DNA of 64,000 nt from an uncultured Burkholderiales bacterium (GCA_937873395.1 CALMYH010000002.1:1961-65960), one strand, 5' to 3'; positions 26,976 to 38,234 are shown, counted from the first letter of the stretch. Notes: generated by a model not told the origin, from the letters alone. Translations and numbers: made by a program.

Positions 26976-28007
26976 ATGGCTTCATGGAAATTCAATATCG
27001 CCGCATTGGCCCTGGCTGCCTCGTCCAGCATGGGCGCCTTCGCTCAGGAGGTCACCCTGCGCTTTCACCAGTTCCTGCCGCCACAGGGCACCGTGCCTTC
27101 CAGGGCCATCCTGCCCTGGGCTGAAAAAGTCGAGAAGGAGTCCAACGGCCGCATCAAGGTCCAGATGTTCAGCTCCATGCAGCTTGGCGGCACGCCGCCC
27201 CAGTTGTTCGACCAGGCCCGTGACGGGGTGGTGGACATCGTGTGGACGTTGCAGGGCTACACACCCGGACGCTTCCCCAAGACCGAAGTCTTCGAGCTTC
27301 CATTCATGGCCGGACTGTCTGCGGAAAAGACATCCCGCGCCCTCTGGGACTATGTGCAGAAGAACGCGATGGACGAGTACCGCGACGTGCATGTGCTGGC
27401 CTTTCATACCCATGGACCGGGCCTGTTTCACACCAAACAGCCGGTGACCGGACTGGAGAGCCTGCGTGGCATGAAGATCCGGGGCGGCACCCGCATCGTC
27501 AACAACATGCTGACCAAGCTCGGCGCCACGCCGGTGGGCATGCCGGTGCCGGCGGTGACGGAGGCGCTGTCCAAGGGAGTGCTGGATGGCACCACCATCC
27601 CCTGGGAGGTCGCGCCGGCCCTGAAGGTGCAGGAGCTGGTCAAGAACCACACCAGCTTTGCGGGTGACCGTGCGCTGTACGTGACCACCTTTGTCGTGGC
27701 GATGAACAAGTCCGCGTACAACCGGTTGCCGGCGGACCTCAAGAAGGTCATCGACAACAACTCTGGGCCCGAGATGGGCGCCATGTTTGCGCGCACCCAG
27801 GACGAAGGGGATGTTCGCGGTCGCCAGCTGGCCCAGCAGGCCGGCAACAACATCGTGGCGCTGGACGAGACCGAGACCCGTCGCTGGAGGGAGACGGCCG
27901 CGTCGGTGGAGGCGGACTGGATCGCTGAGATGCAGCGCCGAGGTATCGATGGCGCCAAGCTGTTGGCCGACGCCAAGGCCTTGATCGCCGAGCACGAAAA
28001 GAAGTGA
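26976..28007 (+). CDS. dctP: TRAP transporter substrate-binding protein (DctP family), paralog 1
   Basis: The signal peptide ends GAFAQE. The DctP-family pattern is present. A GGAGA RBS precedes the start. Confidence 0.88.
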   Translation: MASWKFNIAALALAASSSMGAFAQEVTLRFHQFLPPQGTVPSRAILPWAEKVEKESNGRIKVQMFSSMQLGGTPPQLFDQARDGVVDIVWTLQGYTPGRFPKTEVFELPFMAGLSAEKTSRALWDYVQKNAMDEYRDVHVLAFHTHGPGLFHTKQPVTGLESLRGMKIRGGTRIVNNMLTKLGATPVGMPVPAVTEALSKGVLDGTTIPWEVAPALKVQELVKNHTSFAGDRALYVTTFVVAMNKSAYNRLPADLKKVIDNNSGPEMGAMFARTQDEGDVRGRQLAQQAGNNIVALDETETRRWRETAASVEADWIAEMQRRGIDGAKLLADAKALIAEHEKK

Positions 28008-28281
28008 TGCCGGTCGGGTGCGGCTGCGGGAACGTCTCCGTGGCCGCGTCTCATCGCAAGCTGCCGGTCGCCACGCAGCTCAGCGAGGCTTGATCTCCTG
28101 TTTTTCTCCAATTGGTGAGTAGGCTTATCAAGTTCGCCGGAATAAATCTGAGTCCATGCCGTTTTGCTATAGCTGAAAGTGCCTTGTGCGTCTTTGCCTG
28201 GGCCGTGTCCGGACGCACAGTGACGGCGGGCTTCGTTCGAAGCCGCTACCGCTTGCGCACCCCCAACTGAAGGAGACTCTC

Positions 28282-29328
28282 ATGAAACCCAACCCCCTTG
28301 CCCGCCGTGCCCTGATCACCCTGGCCTCCATGTCCGCCCTGTTGTCGGTCACGGCCGTCCAGGCCCAGCAGACCTTCACCTTGCGTCTGCACCAGATGCT
28401 GCCGGCCCAGGCGGTCATTCCGTCTCAGGCCATCACGCCTTGGGCCCAGAAGGTTGAGGCCGAGTCCAACGGTCGCATCAAGGTGCAGATGTTCCACTCG
28501 ATGCAATTGGGCGGCACGCCGCCCCAGCTGTTCGACCAGGCCCGCGACGGTGTGGCCGACATCACATGGACGGTGCTGGGTTACACACCGGGTCGCTTCA
28601 ACAAGGCGGAGGTTTTCGAGCTGCCGTTCATGTGTCAAGGGGGCGGAGAAAAATGCTCGCGCGCCTTCCATGAATTTGTCGAGACACATGCCGCCGACGA
28701 GTTCCGCTCGGTCAAGCTGCTGGCCGCCCATACCCATGGACCTGGTCTGTTTCACACCAGGCAGCCAGTCACCGGTCTGGAGAGCCTGCGCGGCATGAAG
28801 GTTCGTGGCGGCTCCCGGGTGGTCAACAACATGCTGACCAAGCTGGGAGCGACCCCGGTGGGAATGCCCGTGCCGGCGGTCACCGAAGCCCTGTCCAAAG
28901 GCGTGATCGAAGGCACCACCATTCCCTGGGAGGTTGTCCCCCCATTGAAGGTGCACGAACTGGTGAAAAACCACACCACGTTCGCTGGCAGTGCGGGTCT
29001 TTACACCCAGACCTTTGCCTTCTCGATGAACCGCGCCGCCTACGACAAGTTGCCTGACGACCTGAAGAAGGTCATTGACAACAACTCTGGCGTCGAGACG
29101 GCGGCCTTGTTCGGTCGCGCCATGGACGAAGGCGACAGGGTGGGACGCGACCTCGCGGTCAGGGCCGGCAACACCATCGTGGCGTTGGATATGGCCGAAA
29201 CCCAGCGCTGGCGCCGCACGGCGGCGACCGTGGAGGCCGACTGGGTCAGGGAGATGTCCGGCAAGGGCTTGGACGGTGCCCGCCTGGTCAAAGAAGCGCA
29301 GGCCCTGATCGCCAAGCACGCCCGATGA
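28282..29328 (+). CDS. dctP: TRAP transporter substrate-binding protein (DctP family), paralog 2
   Basis: The signal peptide ends AVQAQQ. It aligns colinearly with paralog 1 and shares long identical blocks, for example IKVQMF.SMQLGGTPPQLFDQARDGV. Confidence 0.88.
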   Translation: MKPNPLARRALITLASMSALLSVTAVQAQQTFTLRLHQMLPAQAVIPSQAITPWAQKVEAESNGRIKVQMFHSMQLGGTPPQLFDQARDGVADITWTVLGYTPGRFNKAEVFELPFMCQGGGEKCSRAFHEFVETHAADEFRSVKLLAAHTHGPGLFHTRQPVTGLESLRGMKVRGGSRVVNNMLTKLGATPVGMPVPAVTEALSKGVIEGTTIPWEVVPPLKVHELVKNHTTFAGSAGLYTQTFAFSMNRAAYDKLPDDLKKVIDNNSGVETAALFGRAMDEGDRVGRDLAVRAGNTIVALDMAETQRWRRTAATVEADWVREMSGKGLDGARLVKEAQALIAKHAR

Positions 29329-29454
29329 GTCGCGAAGGGCCGCGAGAAAGCCCAACCGTTTCTATAGGTGAAATCAGTTTAACTATAAGAAACTCTGGGT
29401 TATAGTCGCGCGGCCCGCGATGCCTCGCCAGGCCGATACCGACCTTGGGAGACA

Positions 29455-30009
29455 ATGGCCACTGCAGCCTCAGAACACCGGAACACGATGATTGCCTTTG
29501 TTTACCGACTATCCAAATGGACCGCCATCCTTGGGGGTGTCCTGCTGCTGGCCCTGACCCTCATGGTCGTGGTCAGCGTGGCAGGTCGAGCCCTGATCGA
29601 TTTCGGGTTCAAACCCGTGCCGGGAGACTTTGAACTGGTCGAGATGGGCATCGGCATCGCGGTGTTCTTCTTCCTGCCCTGGTGCTACGTGCGGGGCAGT
29701 CATGCCACGGTGGATCTGCTGTACATGCATGCGCCAGGCTGGTTCAGGCGTTTCATCAACATTCTGAGCGACGTGTTGATGCTGGCTGTGTGGCTCATCC
29801 TGACCTGGCGCCTGTGGGAAGGCATGCTGGAAAAGAAGGAGTACATGGAGACGACCTTCATCCTGCTGATGCCGGTCTGGTGGGCCTATGCCCTGTGTTT
29901 TGTCGGGGCGGTCGTGGGCTGCCTCTGTTATGTCGCCCGCACCCTGACGCAGCTGGGCATATTCTCCGAGCCTGAAGGCTGGGCGGTCGACGGCAGCGCG
30001 GGGCATTGA
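29455..30009 (+). CDS. dctQ: TRAP transporter small permease (DctQ)
   Basis: It is a membrane protein of four predicted TM segments, immediately upstream of dctM. Confidence 0.85.
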   Translation: MATAASEHRNTMIAFVYRLSKWTAILGGVLLLALTLMVVVSVAGRALIDFGFKPVPGDFELVEMGIGIAVFFFLPWCYVRGSHATVDLLYMHAPGWFRRFINILSDVLMLAVWLILTWRLWEGMLEKKEYMETTFILLMPVWWAYALCFVGAVVGCLCYVARTLTQLGIFSEPEGWAVDGSAGH

Positions 30010-30012
30010 GTC

Positions 30013-31329
30013 ATGAGCAATATTGAACTGGCCCTGTGGTCTTTCCCGATCCTGCTGTTTCTGATCTTTGTGCGTATCCCGATCGGACTGGCCATGCTGG
30101 TCTGCGGTCTGGGCGGTGCCTGGATGGTCTATGGCAATTACATGCCGATTCTCAACCAGCTCAAGCAGGTCACCTACAGCACCTTCTCGAACTACTCGCT
30201 GTCCGTGATCCCGCTGTTCCTGCTCATGGGGCAGTTCGCGGCGCTGGGCGGCCTGTCCCAGGCCCTGTTCAAGGCCGCCGAGGCCTGGATCGGGCACCGC
30301 AAGGGCGGTGTGGCCATGGCGGCCGTCGGCGCTTGTGCCGGTTTTGGTGCCATCTGTGGTTCGTCGCTGGCCACCGCCGCCACCATGGGCCAGGTGGCTT
30401 TGCCCGAGCTCAAGCGCGCCGGTTATGCGGGCGGCATCTCCACCGCCTGTCTGGCGGCGGGCGGCACGCTGGGCATCCTGATTCCGCCGTCGGTGGTGTT
30501 GGTGATCTACGCCATCCTGACCGAGCAGAACATCGCCAAGCTGTTTCTGGCGGCCTTCGTGCCGGGCTTGCTGGCGGCCATCGGCTACATGATCGTGATT
30601 GCCATCTATGCGCGACTGAAGCCCCAGGAAATGGGCAGCATGCCCCCGATGCCCATGAAAGAGCGCCTGGTGGCCACGGCCAAGGTCTGGCCGGTGCTGG
30701 TGATTTTTCTGGCGGTGGTCGGCGGCATCTACACCGGCATCTTCACGCCCACCGAGGGGGCGGCCGTGGGTGCCTTCGGCACCGGGCTGGCGGCCTGGTT
30801 CAGTGGGGGCCTCAATCGGAAGACCTTGCTGGGCGCCATTCTGGGCACGGCCGCCGCCACCGGCATGATCTACATGATCGTGCTGGGCGCCGGGGTCTAC
30901 AACACCTTCCTGGCGCTGTCCCAGCTGCCACAGGAAGCCGCCAACATCGTCGGCAGCTGGGATGTCAATCCCATCATGATCATGGTGGCGATTCTGGTGC
31001 TGTACGTGATTCTGGGCTGCTTCATGGATTCGCTGTCCATGATTCTGCTGACCATCCCGGTGTTCTTTCCCATCGTCTCGGTGCTGGACTTCGGTCTGTC
31101 ACCTGAGGAGCTCGCGATCTGGTTCGGTATTCTGGTGCTGATCGTGGTGGAGGTGGGGCTCATCACGCCACCGGTGGGCATGAACCTGTTCGTGATCAAC
31201 TCGCTGTCCAAGGACACGCCCATCACACACACTTACAAGGCGGTCATGCCCTTCGTGGCCAGCGACCTGATCCGCACCGGCATTCTGCTGATGTTCCCGG
31301 GCATCGTGTTGTTCGTGTTGCGGCTGTGA
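30013..31329 (+). CDS. dctM: TRAP transporter large permease (DctM)
   Basis: It is a 438-aa polytopic membrane protein with the typical DctM pattern. Confidence 0.9.
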   Translation: MSNIELALWSFPILLFLIFVRIPIGLAMLVCGLGGAWMVYGNYMPILNQLKQVTYSTFSNYSLSVIPLFLLMGQFAALGGLSQALFKAAEAWIGHRKGGVAMAAVGACAGFGAICGSSLATAATMGQVALPELKRAGYAGGISTACLAAGGTLGILIPPSVVLVIYAILTEQNIAKLFLAAFVPGLLAAIGYMIVIAIYARLKPQEMGSMPPMPMKERLVATAKVWPVLVIFLAVVGGIYTGIFTPTEGAAVGAFGTGLAAWFSGGLNRKTLLGAILGTAAATGMIYMIVLGAGVYNTFLALSQLPQEAANIVGSWDVNPIMIMVAILVLYVILGCFMDSLSMILLTIPVFFPIVSVLDFGLSPEELAIWFGILVLIVVEVGLITPPVGMNLFVINSLSKDTPITHTYKAVMPFVASDLIRTGILLMFPGIVLFVLRL

Positions 31330-32252
31330 AGCAAGAGCCGGTCCCTGGACTGCGTATCGGCCTGATCGGCTATGGCGAGGTTGGGCGCATTTTTTCGGCA
31401 GGCCTGAAAACAGGCGCCGCCTGGATAGGCGCCTGGGATCTCCAGTTTGCCGACCCCCGGTCGGGCCAGCAGGCCCTGTCCCACGCTGCCGAAAGCGGTG
31501 TGTCTGCCTGTGACGGTGTGGCTCGCCTTTGCGCGCAGACCGAACTGCTGATCTCGGCCGTGACGGCCAGCAACACCCTGGCTGTCGCCGAAGCCGTGGC
31601 GCAGCATGTTCGGCCAGGAACCTGGGTGCTCGATCTCAATTCGGCCTCTCCCGGTACCAAGCAACGGGCCGCAGACCTGGTCGACACGGCTGGCGGGCGC
31701 TACGTGGAGGCCGGTGTCATGACATCGGTGCCGCCCTACGGCATCCGCGTGCCCATGCTGATCGGTGGGCCACATGCGGCGGATCTGCAGCCCTTGCTGG
31801 CGCGCCTGGGCATGGACTCGCGGGTGGTCAGCGATCGCCTGGGGGTGGCATCGGCCACCAAGATGTGCCGCAGTGTGATGATCAAGGGGCTGGAAGCCCT
31901 GATCATCGAAAGCTACACCACGGCGCGTCACTATGGTGTCGAGGAGGCCATGATCGCCACCTTGCAGGAGACATTCCCGGGGATCGACTGGACGAAGCAG
32001 GGGGCTTACTTCTTCAGCCGGGTTGCCCAACACGGCCGACGCCGTGCCGAAGAAATGCGCGAGGTGGCCCACACGGTGCGCGAGGCGGGGTTCGAGCCCT
32101 GGATGTCCGAGGCCATTGCCCGCAAACACGACTGGATGGCCGAACAGGCACGGACCGGACACTTCGCGGGTCTGGGCGGTTCGCCGGACTGGCAGGCTTT
32201 TGCGGACGCGCTGCTGGCGGCCAGGCCGGCGGCCAACGACCCGCTGACCTGA
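31326..32252 (+). CDS. NAD(P)-dependent oxidoreductase (6-PGDH-type NAD-binding domain with a DUF1932-like C-terminus)
   Basis: It has the Rossmann motif IGLIGYGEVG. The GTG start overlaps the dctM stop. Confidence 0.75.
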   Translation: MKQEPVPGLRIGLIGYGEVGRIFSAGLKTGAAWIGAWDLQFADPRSGQQALSHAAESGVSACDGVARLCAQTELLISAVTASNTLAVAEAVAQHVRPGTWVLDLNSASPGTKQRAADLVDTAGGRYVEAGVMTSVPPYGIRVPMLIGGPHAADLQPLLARLGMDSRVVSDRLGVASATKMCRSVMIKGLEALIIESYTTARHYGVEEAMIATLQETFPGIDWTKQGAYFFSRVAQHGRRRAEEMREVAHTVREAGFEPWMSEAIARKHDWMAEQARTGHFAGLGGSPDWQAFADALLAARPAANDPLT

Positions 32253-32297
32253 TCGCCTGGCTGTAGCTGCTGCCCCGGGGAATCCTGGGCAGGCGCT

Positions 32298-33227
32298 TCA
32301 GGGACTGTTCTGCGGTTGCGCGCGACTCCCGATCGACAACCAGGTCTGGCGGATCAGCTCCAGCGCCCGCTGGTGCGTCAGCGTGGTTGGCCGAAGCGAA
32401 CTGGTGGCGGTGCTCAGCCGCGTGCGCAGCACCGGGTCGACCACCACCCGTGTGCGGTAGGCCGACGGCCGCACCGAGCTTTCGACCGCGTTGCGCGAGA
32501 GCAGGGCAGCGCCCACGCCGTCGGCCACCAGGTCCAGGATGGCCGACACACCGTCGATCTCCAGAATGACCTGCGGCCGGCACCCGATGTTCGCCATTTC
32601 GGCCTCGACCAGCATGCGCACGGCATTGGGCCGACTCGGAATCACCAGCGGGAGTGTCGCCACCTCGGCCAGTTCGATGGGTGGCGCGGGAGGATCCTCG
32701 GCCAGGCCGGCGGGCCGGGCCTGCACCAGCAGGAGCTCCTCCTCCACCAGTGGCTGGCTGTCGATTTCCTCGATGGGCGGCGCGTTGTACAGCACCGCCA
32801 TGTCCAGCCGTCCGGTGCGCAGCCAGTCGATCATGGTGACGGACAGGGCTTCGCTGATCGACAGGCTGGCTTCGGGCAGGTGCTGCCGAAAAGCCCGGGT
32901 CAGGGGCACGGTGAGCACCCGGGCCACGCTGGGCGGCAGGCCGATGGCCACGCGGCCGGCGAGCGCGCCGCGCACGCGGCCCAGCTCCTCGCGGGCGCGT
33001 TCGACCTGGTGCAGGATGCCGCGCCCATGTTCCAGCAGCAGGCGGCCCGCCTCGGTCGGCACTGCGCCGCGGCCATTGCGCACCAGCAGGTTCTGGCGCA
33101 GCTCCACCTCCAGCAGGCGCACCTGGCGCGACAGGGCCGGCTGGGCCACGTCCAGGGCCAGGGCGGCGCGGGTGAAACTGCCCAGCTCGGCCACCCGGAC
33201 AAAGTATTCCAGCTGTTTCAGGTCCAT
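32298..33227 (-). CDS. LysR family transcriptional regulator
   Basis: The N-terminal HTH reads MDLKQLEYFVRVAELGSFTRAALALDVAQPALSRQVRLLE. It is divergent from the protocatechuate 4,5-cleavage operon. Confidence 0.9.
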   Translation of the reverse strand: MDLKQLEYFVRVAELGSFTRAALALDVAQPALSRQVRLLEVELRQNLLVRNGRGAVPTEAGRLLLEHGRGILHQVERAREELGRVRGALAGRVAIGLPPSVARVLTVPLTRAFRQHLPEASLSISEALSVTMIDWLRTGRLDMAVLYNAPPIEEIDSQPLVEEELLLVQARPAGLAEDPPAPPIELAEVATLPLVIPSRPNAVRMLVEAEMANIGCRPQVILEIDGVSAILDLVADGVGAALLSRNAVESSVRPSAYRTRVVVDPVLRTRLSTATSSLRPTTLTHQRALELIRQTWLSIGSRAQPQNSP

Positions 33228-33246
33228 GTGAGCCGGGTTTCAGATA

Positions 33247-33265
33247 TAGCAAAAGCGAATGGCTA
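33247..33265. promoter_or_regulatory. LysR-type T-N11-A box (TAGC-N11-GCTA)
   Basis: An inverted tetranucleotide with an 11-nt spacer lies in the LysR / lig-operon divergent intergenic region. Confidence 0.45.
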
Positions 33266-33316
33266 ATAGTACGGTATTCCTCTTGTGAACTGGATGGGCC
33301 CGGCGACAATGCAGTC

Positions 33317-34045
33317 ATGAGGACCGATACCGCCACCGCTGCGCCTTCCGGGCAGGACGCCCTGCGCGGCATCTCGTCCATGGCCACACGGCAATTGCTG
33401 GCCGATCTCGTGCAGGACTGGGCCGGCCGGGGCCTGCCCGTCGGCATCGAGTCGGTCGGCGGGGTCGATGCCGCTCGCCGTGTCATGGCCAACGAAGCCT
33501 TTGACCTGGTGGTACTCGCCTCCGACGCCATCGACCGGCTCATGATTGCCGGCAAACTGCTGCCGGGCAGCCGTGTCGACGTGGTGCATTCGGGGGTGTC
33601 GGTTGCCGTACGCGCCGGTCAGGCCCTGCCCGACATCGCGACCGAGGCAGACCTGAGGCAGACCGTCCAGGCGGGCGGGCGCATCGGTTTTTCGACCGGC
33701 CCCAGCGGTGTGGCCCTGCAGCAGCTGTTCACCACCTGGGGCCTGGCCGACGCGCTGGCCGGGCGTCTGGTGCAGGCACCCGCGGGTGTGCCCGTGGCCA
33801 CTTTGGTGGCCCGTGGCGAGGTGGACCTGGGCTTCCAGCAGCTCAGCGAACTGCTTCATGTGCCGGGCATCACCATCGTCGGTCCCATGCCGCCCGAGGT
33901 GGCCATCGTGACCACCTTCAGCGCCGCGGTCTGCGCCACCTGCACCGACCCGGCGCGGCAGGCGGCCACCCGGGCCTTCATCGACTTCATGGCGTCGCCC
34001 GAGTGCAGCGCAGCCAAGCAGCGCCAGGGCATGGAGCCCGCCTGA
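33317..34045 (+). CDS. Periplasmic-binding-protein-fold (ModA-like) protein without a signal peptide
   Basis: It shows a type-II PBP-like pattern (GISSMATRQLL, GFSTGPSG, VDLGFQQ). No hydrophobic leader is visible. It is the first gene of the lig-like operon. Confidence 0.65.
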   Translation: MRTDTATAAPSGQDALRGISSMATRQLLADLVQDWAGRGLPVGIESVGGVDAARRVMANEAFDLVVLASDAIDRLMIAGKLLPGSRVDVVHSGVSVAVRAGQALPDIATEADLRQTVQAGGRIGFSTGPSGVALQQLFTTWGLADALAGRLVQAPAGVPVATLVARGEVDLGFQQLSELLHVPGITIVGPMPPEVAIVTTFSAAVCATCTDPARQAATRAFIDFMASPECSAAKQRQGMEPA

Positions 34046-34094
34046 CCCTATCCCACCAACCCAAGCCGATCGCACCCCCGCCACGGAGCCCCGC

Positions 34095-35141
34095 ATGAGC
34101 CTGCAACAACCCCTGATCATCGACTGCCATGGCCACTACACCACGGCCCCCAAGGCCCTGGAGAACTGGCGCAACCAGCAGATTGCCGGCATCAAGGACC
34201 CGGCGCTCATGCCCAAAGTGGCCGACCTGAAGATCAGCGACGACGAACTTCGCGAGTCGATCGAGACCAACCAGCTCAGGCTGATGAAGGAGCGCGGCTC
34301 CGACATCACCATCTTCAGCCCACGCGCCAGCTTCATGGCCCACCACATCGGCGATTTCAACGTGTCGTCCACCTGGGCGGCCATCTGCAACGAACTCTGC
34401 TATCGCGTCTCCCAGCTGTTCCCGGACCATTTCGTGCCGGCCGCCATGCTGCCGCAGAGCCCGGGCGTCGATCCGGCGACCTGCATTCCCGAGCTGGAGA
34501 AGTGCGTCAAGGAATACGGCAACGTCGGCATCAACCTGAACCCCGATCCGTCGGGCGGCCACTGGACCAGCCCGCCGCTGACCGACCGCCACTGGTACCC
34601 CATCTACGAAAAGATGGTCGAGCACGACATCCCCGCCATGATCCACGTCAGCACCAGCTGCAACGCGTGCTTCCACACCACGGGTGCTCACTACATCAAC
34701 GCCGACACCACGGCCATCATGCAGCTGATCCAGGGTGACCTGTTCAAGGACTTCCCGACACTCAGGTTCATCATCCCGCACGGCGGCGGCGCCGCGCCCT
34801 ACCACTGGGGCCGCTACCGCGGTCTGGCGCAGGAAATGAAAAAGCCGCTGCTGCAGGACCACCTGCTGAACAACGTGTTCTTCGACACCTGCGTCTACCA
34901 CCAGCCCGGCATCGACCTGCTGACCAAGGTGATTCCGGTGGGCAACATCCTGTTCGCCTCGGAAATGATCGGCGCCGTGCGCGGCATCGACCCCGAGACC
35001 GGCCACTACTACGACGACACCAAGCGCTATGTGCAGGCCACGGCCAACCTGAGTGACGAGCAACGCTACCAGGTGTACGAAGGCAACGCGCGCCGCGTGT
35101 TCCCGCGCCTGGATGCCCGTCTGAAGTTGCAAGGAAGGTAA
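34095..35141 (+). CDS. ligJ: 4-oxalomesaconate hydratase
   Basis: It is an amidohydrolase-2 protein with IIDCHGHY. Its length and operon position match LigJ/PmdE. Confidence 0.85.
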   Translation: MSLQQPLIIDCHGHYTTAPKALENWRNQQIAGIKDPALMPKVADLKISDDELRESIETNQLRLMKERGSDITIFSPRASFMAHHIGDFNVSSTWAAICNELCYRVSQLFPDHFVPAAMLPQSPGVDPATCIPELEKCVKEYGNVGINLNPDPSGGHWTSPPLTDRHWYPIYEKMVEHDIPAMIHVSTSCNACFHTTGAHYINADTTAIMQLIQGDLFKDFPTLRFIIPHGGGAAPYHWGRYRGLAQEMKKPLLQDHLLNNVFFDTCVYHQPGIDLLTKVIPVGNILFASEMIGAVRGIDPETGHYYDDTKRYVQATANLSDEQRYQVYEGNARRVFPRLDARLKLQGR

Positions 35142-35171
35142 CTTCCAGGCAGACCACCAAGGTCTGTGGTG

Positions 35172-35245
35172 GGTGTGCGTTTTGCGTAGGTCAAGGAGGA
35201 GCCCGCGAAGCGGGCGGGGGACACGAAGCAAAACGCGCGCACACC
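35172..35245 (+). repeat. Long imperfect hairpin in the ligJ-ligK spacer
   Basis: GGTGTGCGTTTTGC pairs with GCAAAACGCGCGCACACC. These enclose the inner hairpin GCCCGC-GAA-GCGGGC. Confidence 0.5.
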
Positions 35246-35274
35246 GCAGGCCCCTCACCAACGGAGAAAACAAC

Positions 35275-35958
35275 ATGTACGAACTGGGCGTTGTCTACCG
35301 CAACATCACCCGCGCCGACCGTGCGGCCGCCGACGGCCTGGCCGCGCTGGGCTCGGCCACGGTGCACGAAGCCATGGGCCGCGTCGGCCTGATGAAGCCC
35401 TATATGCGGCCGATCCAGACCGGCGTGCAGGTCTCGGGCACGGCCGTGACGGTGCTGCTGCAGCCCGGCGACAACTGGATGATGCATGTGGCCGCCGAGC
35501 AGATCCAGCCCGGCGACATCGTGGTGGCCACCGTGACCGCCGAGTGCAGCGACGGTTACTTCGGCGACCTGCTGGCCACCAGCTTCCAGGCGCGCGGTGC
35601 TCGGGCGCTGATCATCGAGGCCGGTGTGCGCGACGTGAAGACGCTCAAGGAGATGAACTTCCCGGTATGGAGCCGCTACATCTCGTCCAAGGGAACGATC
35701 AAGGCGACGCTGGGTTCGGTGAACATCCCCGTTGTCTGTGCCGGTGCGCTGGTGACGCCAGGTGATGTGATCGTGGCCGACGACGATGGGGTGGTGTGTG
35801 TGCCGGCTGCGCGCGCGGCCGAGACGCTGGCTGCGGCCATCAAGCGCGAGAGTTTCGAGGGTGAGAAGCGCCAGAAGCTGGCCAGCGGCGTGCTGGGTCT
35901 GGACATGTACAAGATGCGTGAGCCCCTGGCCGCCGCTGGCCTGCGCTATATCGATTGA
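35275..35958 (+). CDS. ligK: 4-carboxy-4-hydroxy-2-oxoadipate aldolase / oxaloacetate decarboxylase (RraA-like fold)
   Basis: It begins [11 protein letters not shown] and contains GDNWMMH. Its position matches LigK/PmdF. A GGAGA RBS precedes the start. Confidence 0.88.
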   Translation: MYELGVVYRNITRADRAAADGLAALGSATVHEAMGRVGLMKPYMRPIQTGVQVSGTAVTVLLQPGDNWMMHVAAEQIQPGDIVVATVTAECSDGYFGDLLATSFQARGARALIIEAGVRDVKTLKEMNFPVWSRYISSKGTIKATLGSVNIPVVCAGALVTPGDVIVADDDGVVCVPAARAAETLAAAIKRESFEGEKRQKLASGVLGLDMYKMREPLAAAGLRYID

Positions 35959-35966
35959 GAGGCTGC

Positions 35967-36899
35967 ATGAGCAAACCCACATCAGGTGACTTCACCAAGA
36001 CCTCTGGCTGGCTGGACTGGTACACCGACCCGTCCCAGCCCCGCTTCCGATTGCCCGCGGGCGCGGTGGATGCGCATTGCCACGTGTTCGGCCCGGGCGC
36101 CGAGTTTCCCTACGCGCTCGAGCGCAAGTACACGCCGTGTGATGCCAGCAAGCACGAGCTGTTTGCCTTGCGCGACCACCTGGGCTTTGCCCGCAACGTG
36201 ATCGTGCAGGCCACCTGCCATGGCGCCGACAACCGCGCCATGGTCGACGCCTGCCTGGCCAGCCGCGGCAAGGCGCGGGGCGTGGCCACCGTCAGGCGGT
36301 CGGTCACCGACGAAGAACTGCAGGCCCTGCATGCTGCCGGCGTGCGCGGCGTGCGCTTCAACTTCGTCAAGCGCCTGGTGGACTTCACGCCCAAGGACGA
36401 GCTGATGGAGATCGCCGGCCGCATTGCCCGGCTGGGCTGGCACGTGGTGATCTACTTCGAAGCGGTGGACCTGCCCGAGCTCTGGGACTTTTTCACCGCG
36501 TTGCCCACCACCGTGGTGGTGGACCACATGGGCCGCCCCGACGTGAGCAAGCCCATCGACGGCCCCGAGTTCCAGCTGTTCCTGAAATTCATGCGCGAGC
36601 ACGGCAACGTCTGGAGCAAGGTCAGCTGCCCCGAGCGCCTGTCGGTCACCGGGCCGAAGGCGCTGAACGGTGAGCAGGCCGCCTATCAGGATGTGGTGCC
36701 CTTCGCGCGCCAGGTGGTCGAGCAGTTCCCCGACCGCGTGCTCTGGGGCACCGACTGGCCACACCCCAACCTGAAGGATCACATGCCCGACGACGGCCTG
36801 TTGGTGGACTTCATTCCGCAGATTGCACCGACGGTCGAGCTGCAGCGCAAGCTGCTGGTGATCAACCCCATGAAACTCTACTGGCCTGAGGAGGTCTGA
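35967..36899 (+). CDS. ligI: 2-pyrone-4,6-dicarboxylate hydrolase
   Basis: It is an amidohydrolase-fold lactonase (AVDAHCHVFGP, WGTDWPHP). Confidence 0.88.
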   Translation: MSKPTSGDFTKTSGWLDWYTDPSQPRFRLPAGAVDAHCHVFGPGAEFPYALERKYTPCDASKHELFALRDHLGFARNVIVQATCHGADNRAMVDACLASRGKARGVATVRRSVTDEELQALHAAGVRGVRFNFVKRLVDFTPKDELMEIAGRIARLGWHVVIYFEAVDLPELWDFFTALPTTVVVDHMGRPDVSKPIDGPEFQLFLKFMREHGNVWSKVSCPERLSVTGPKALNGEQAAYQDVVPFARQVVEQFPDRVLWGTDWPHPNLKDHMPDDGLLVDFIPQIAPTVELQRKLLVINPMKLYWPEEV

Positions 36900-36900
36900 C

Positions 36901-38222
<1,322 letters not shown>

Positions 38223-38234
38223 AGGAATCCCATC

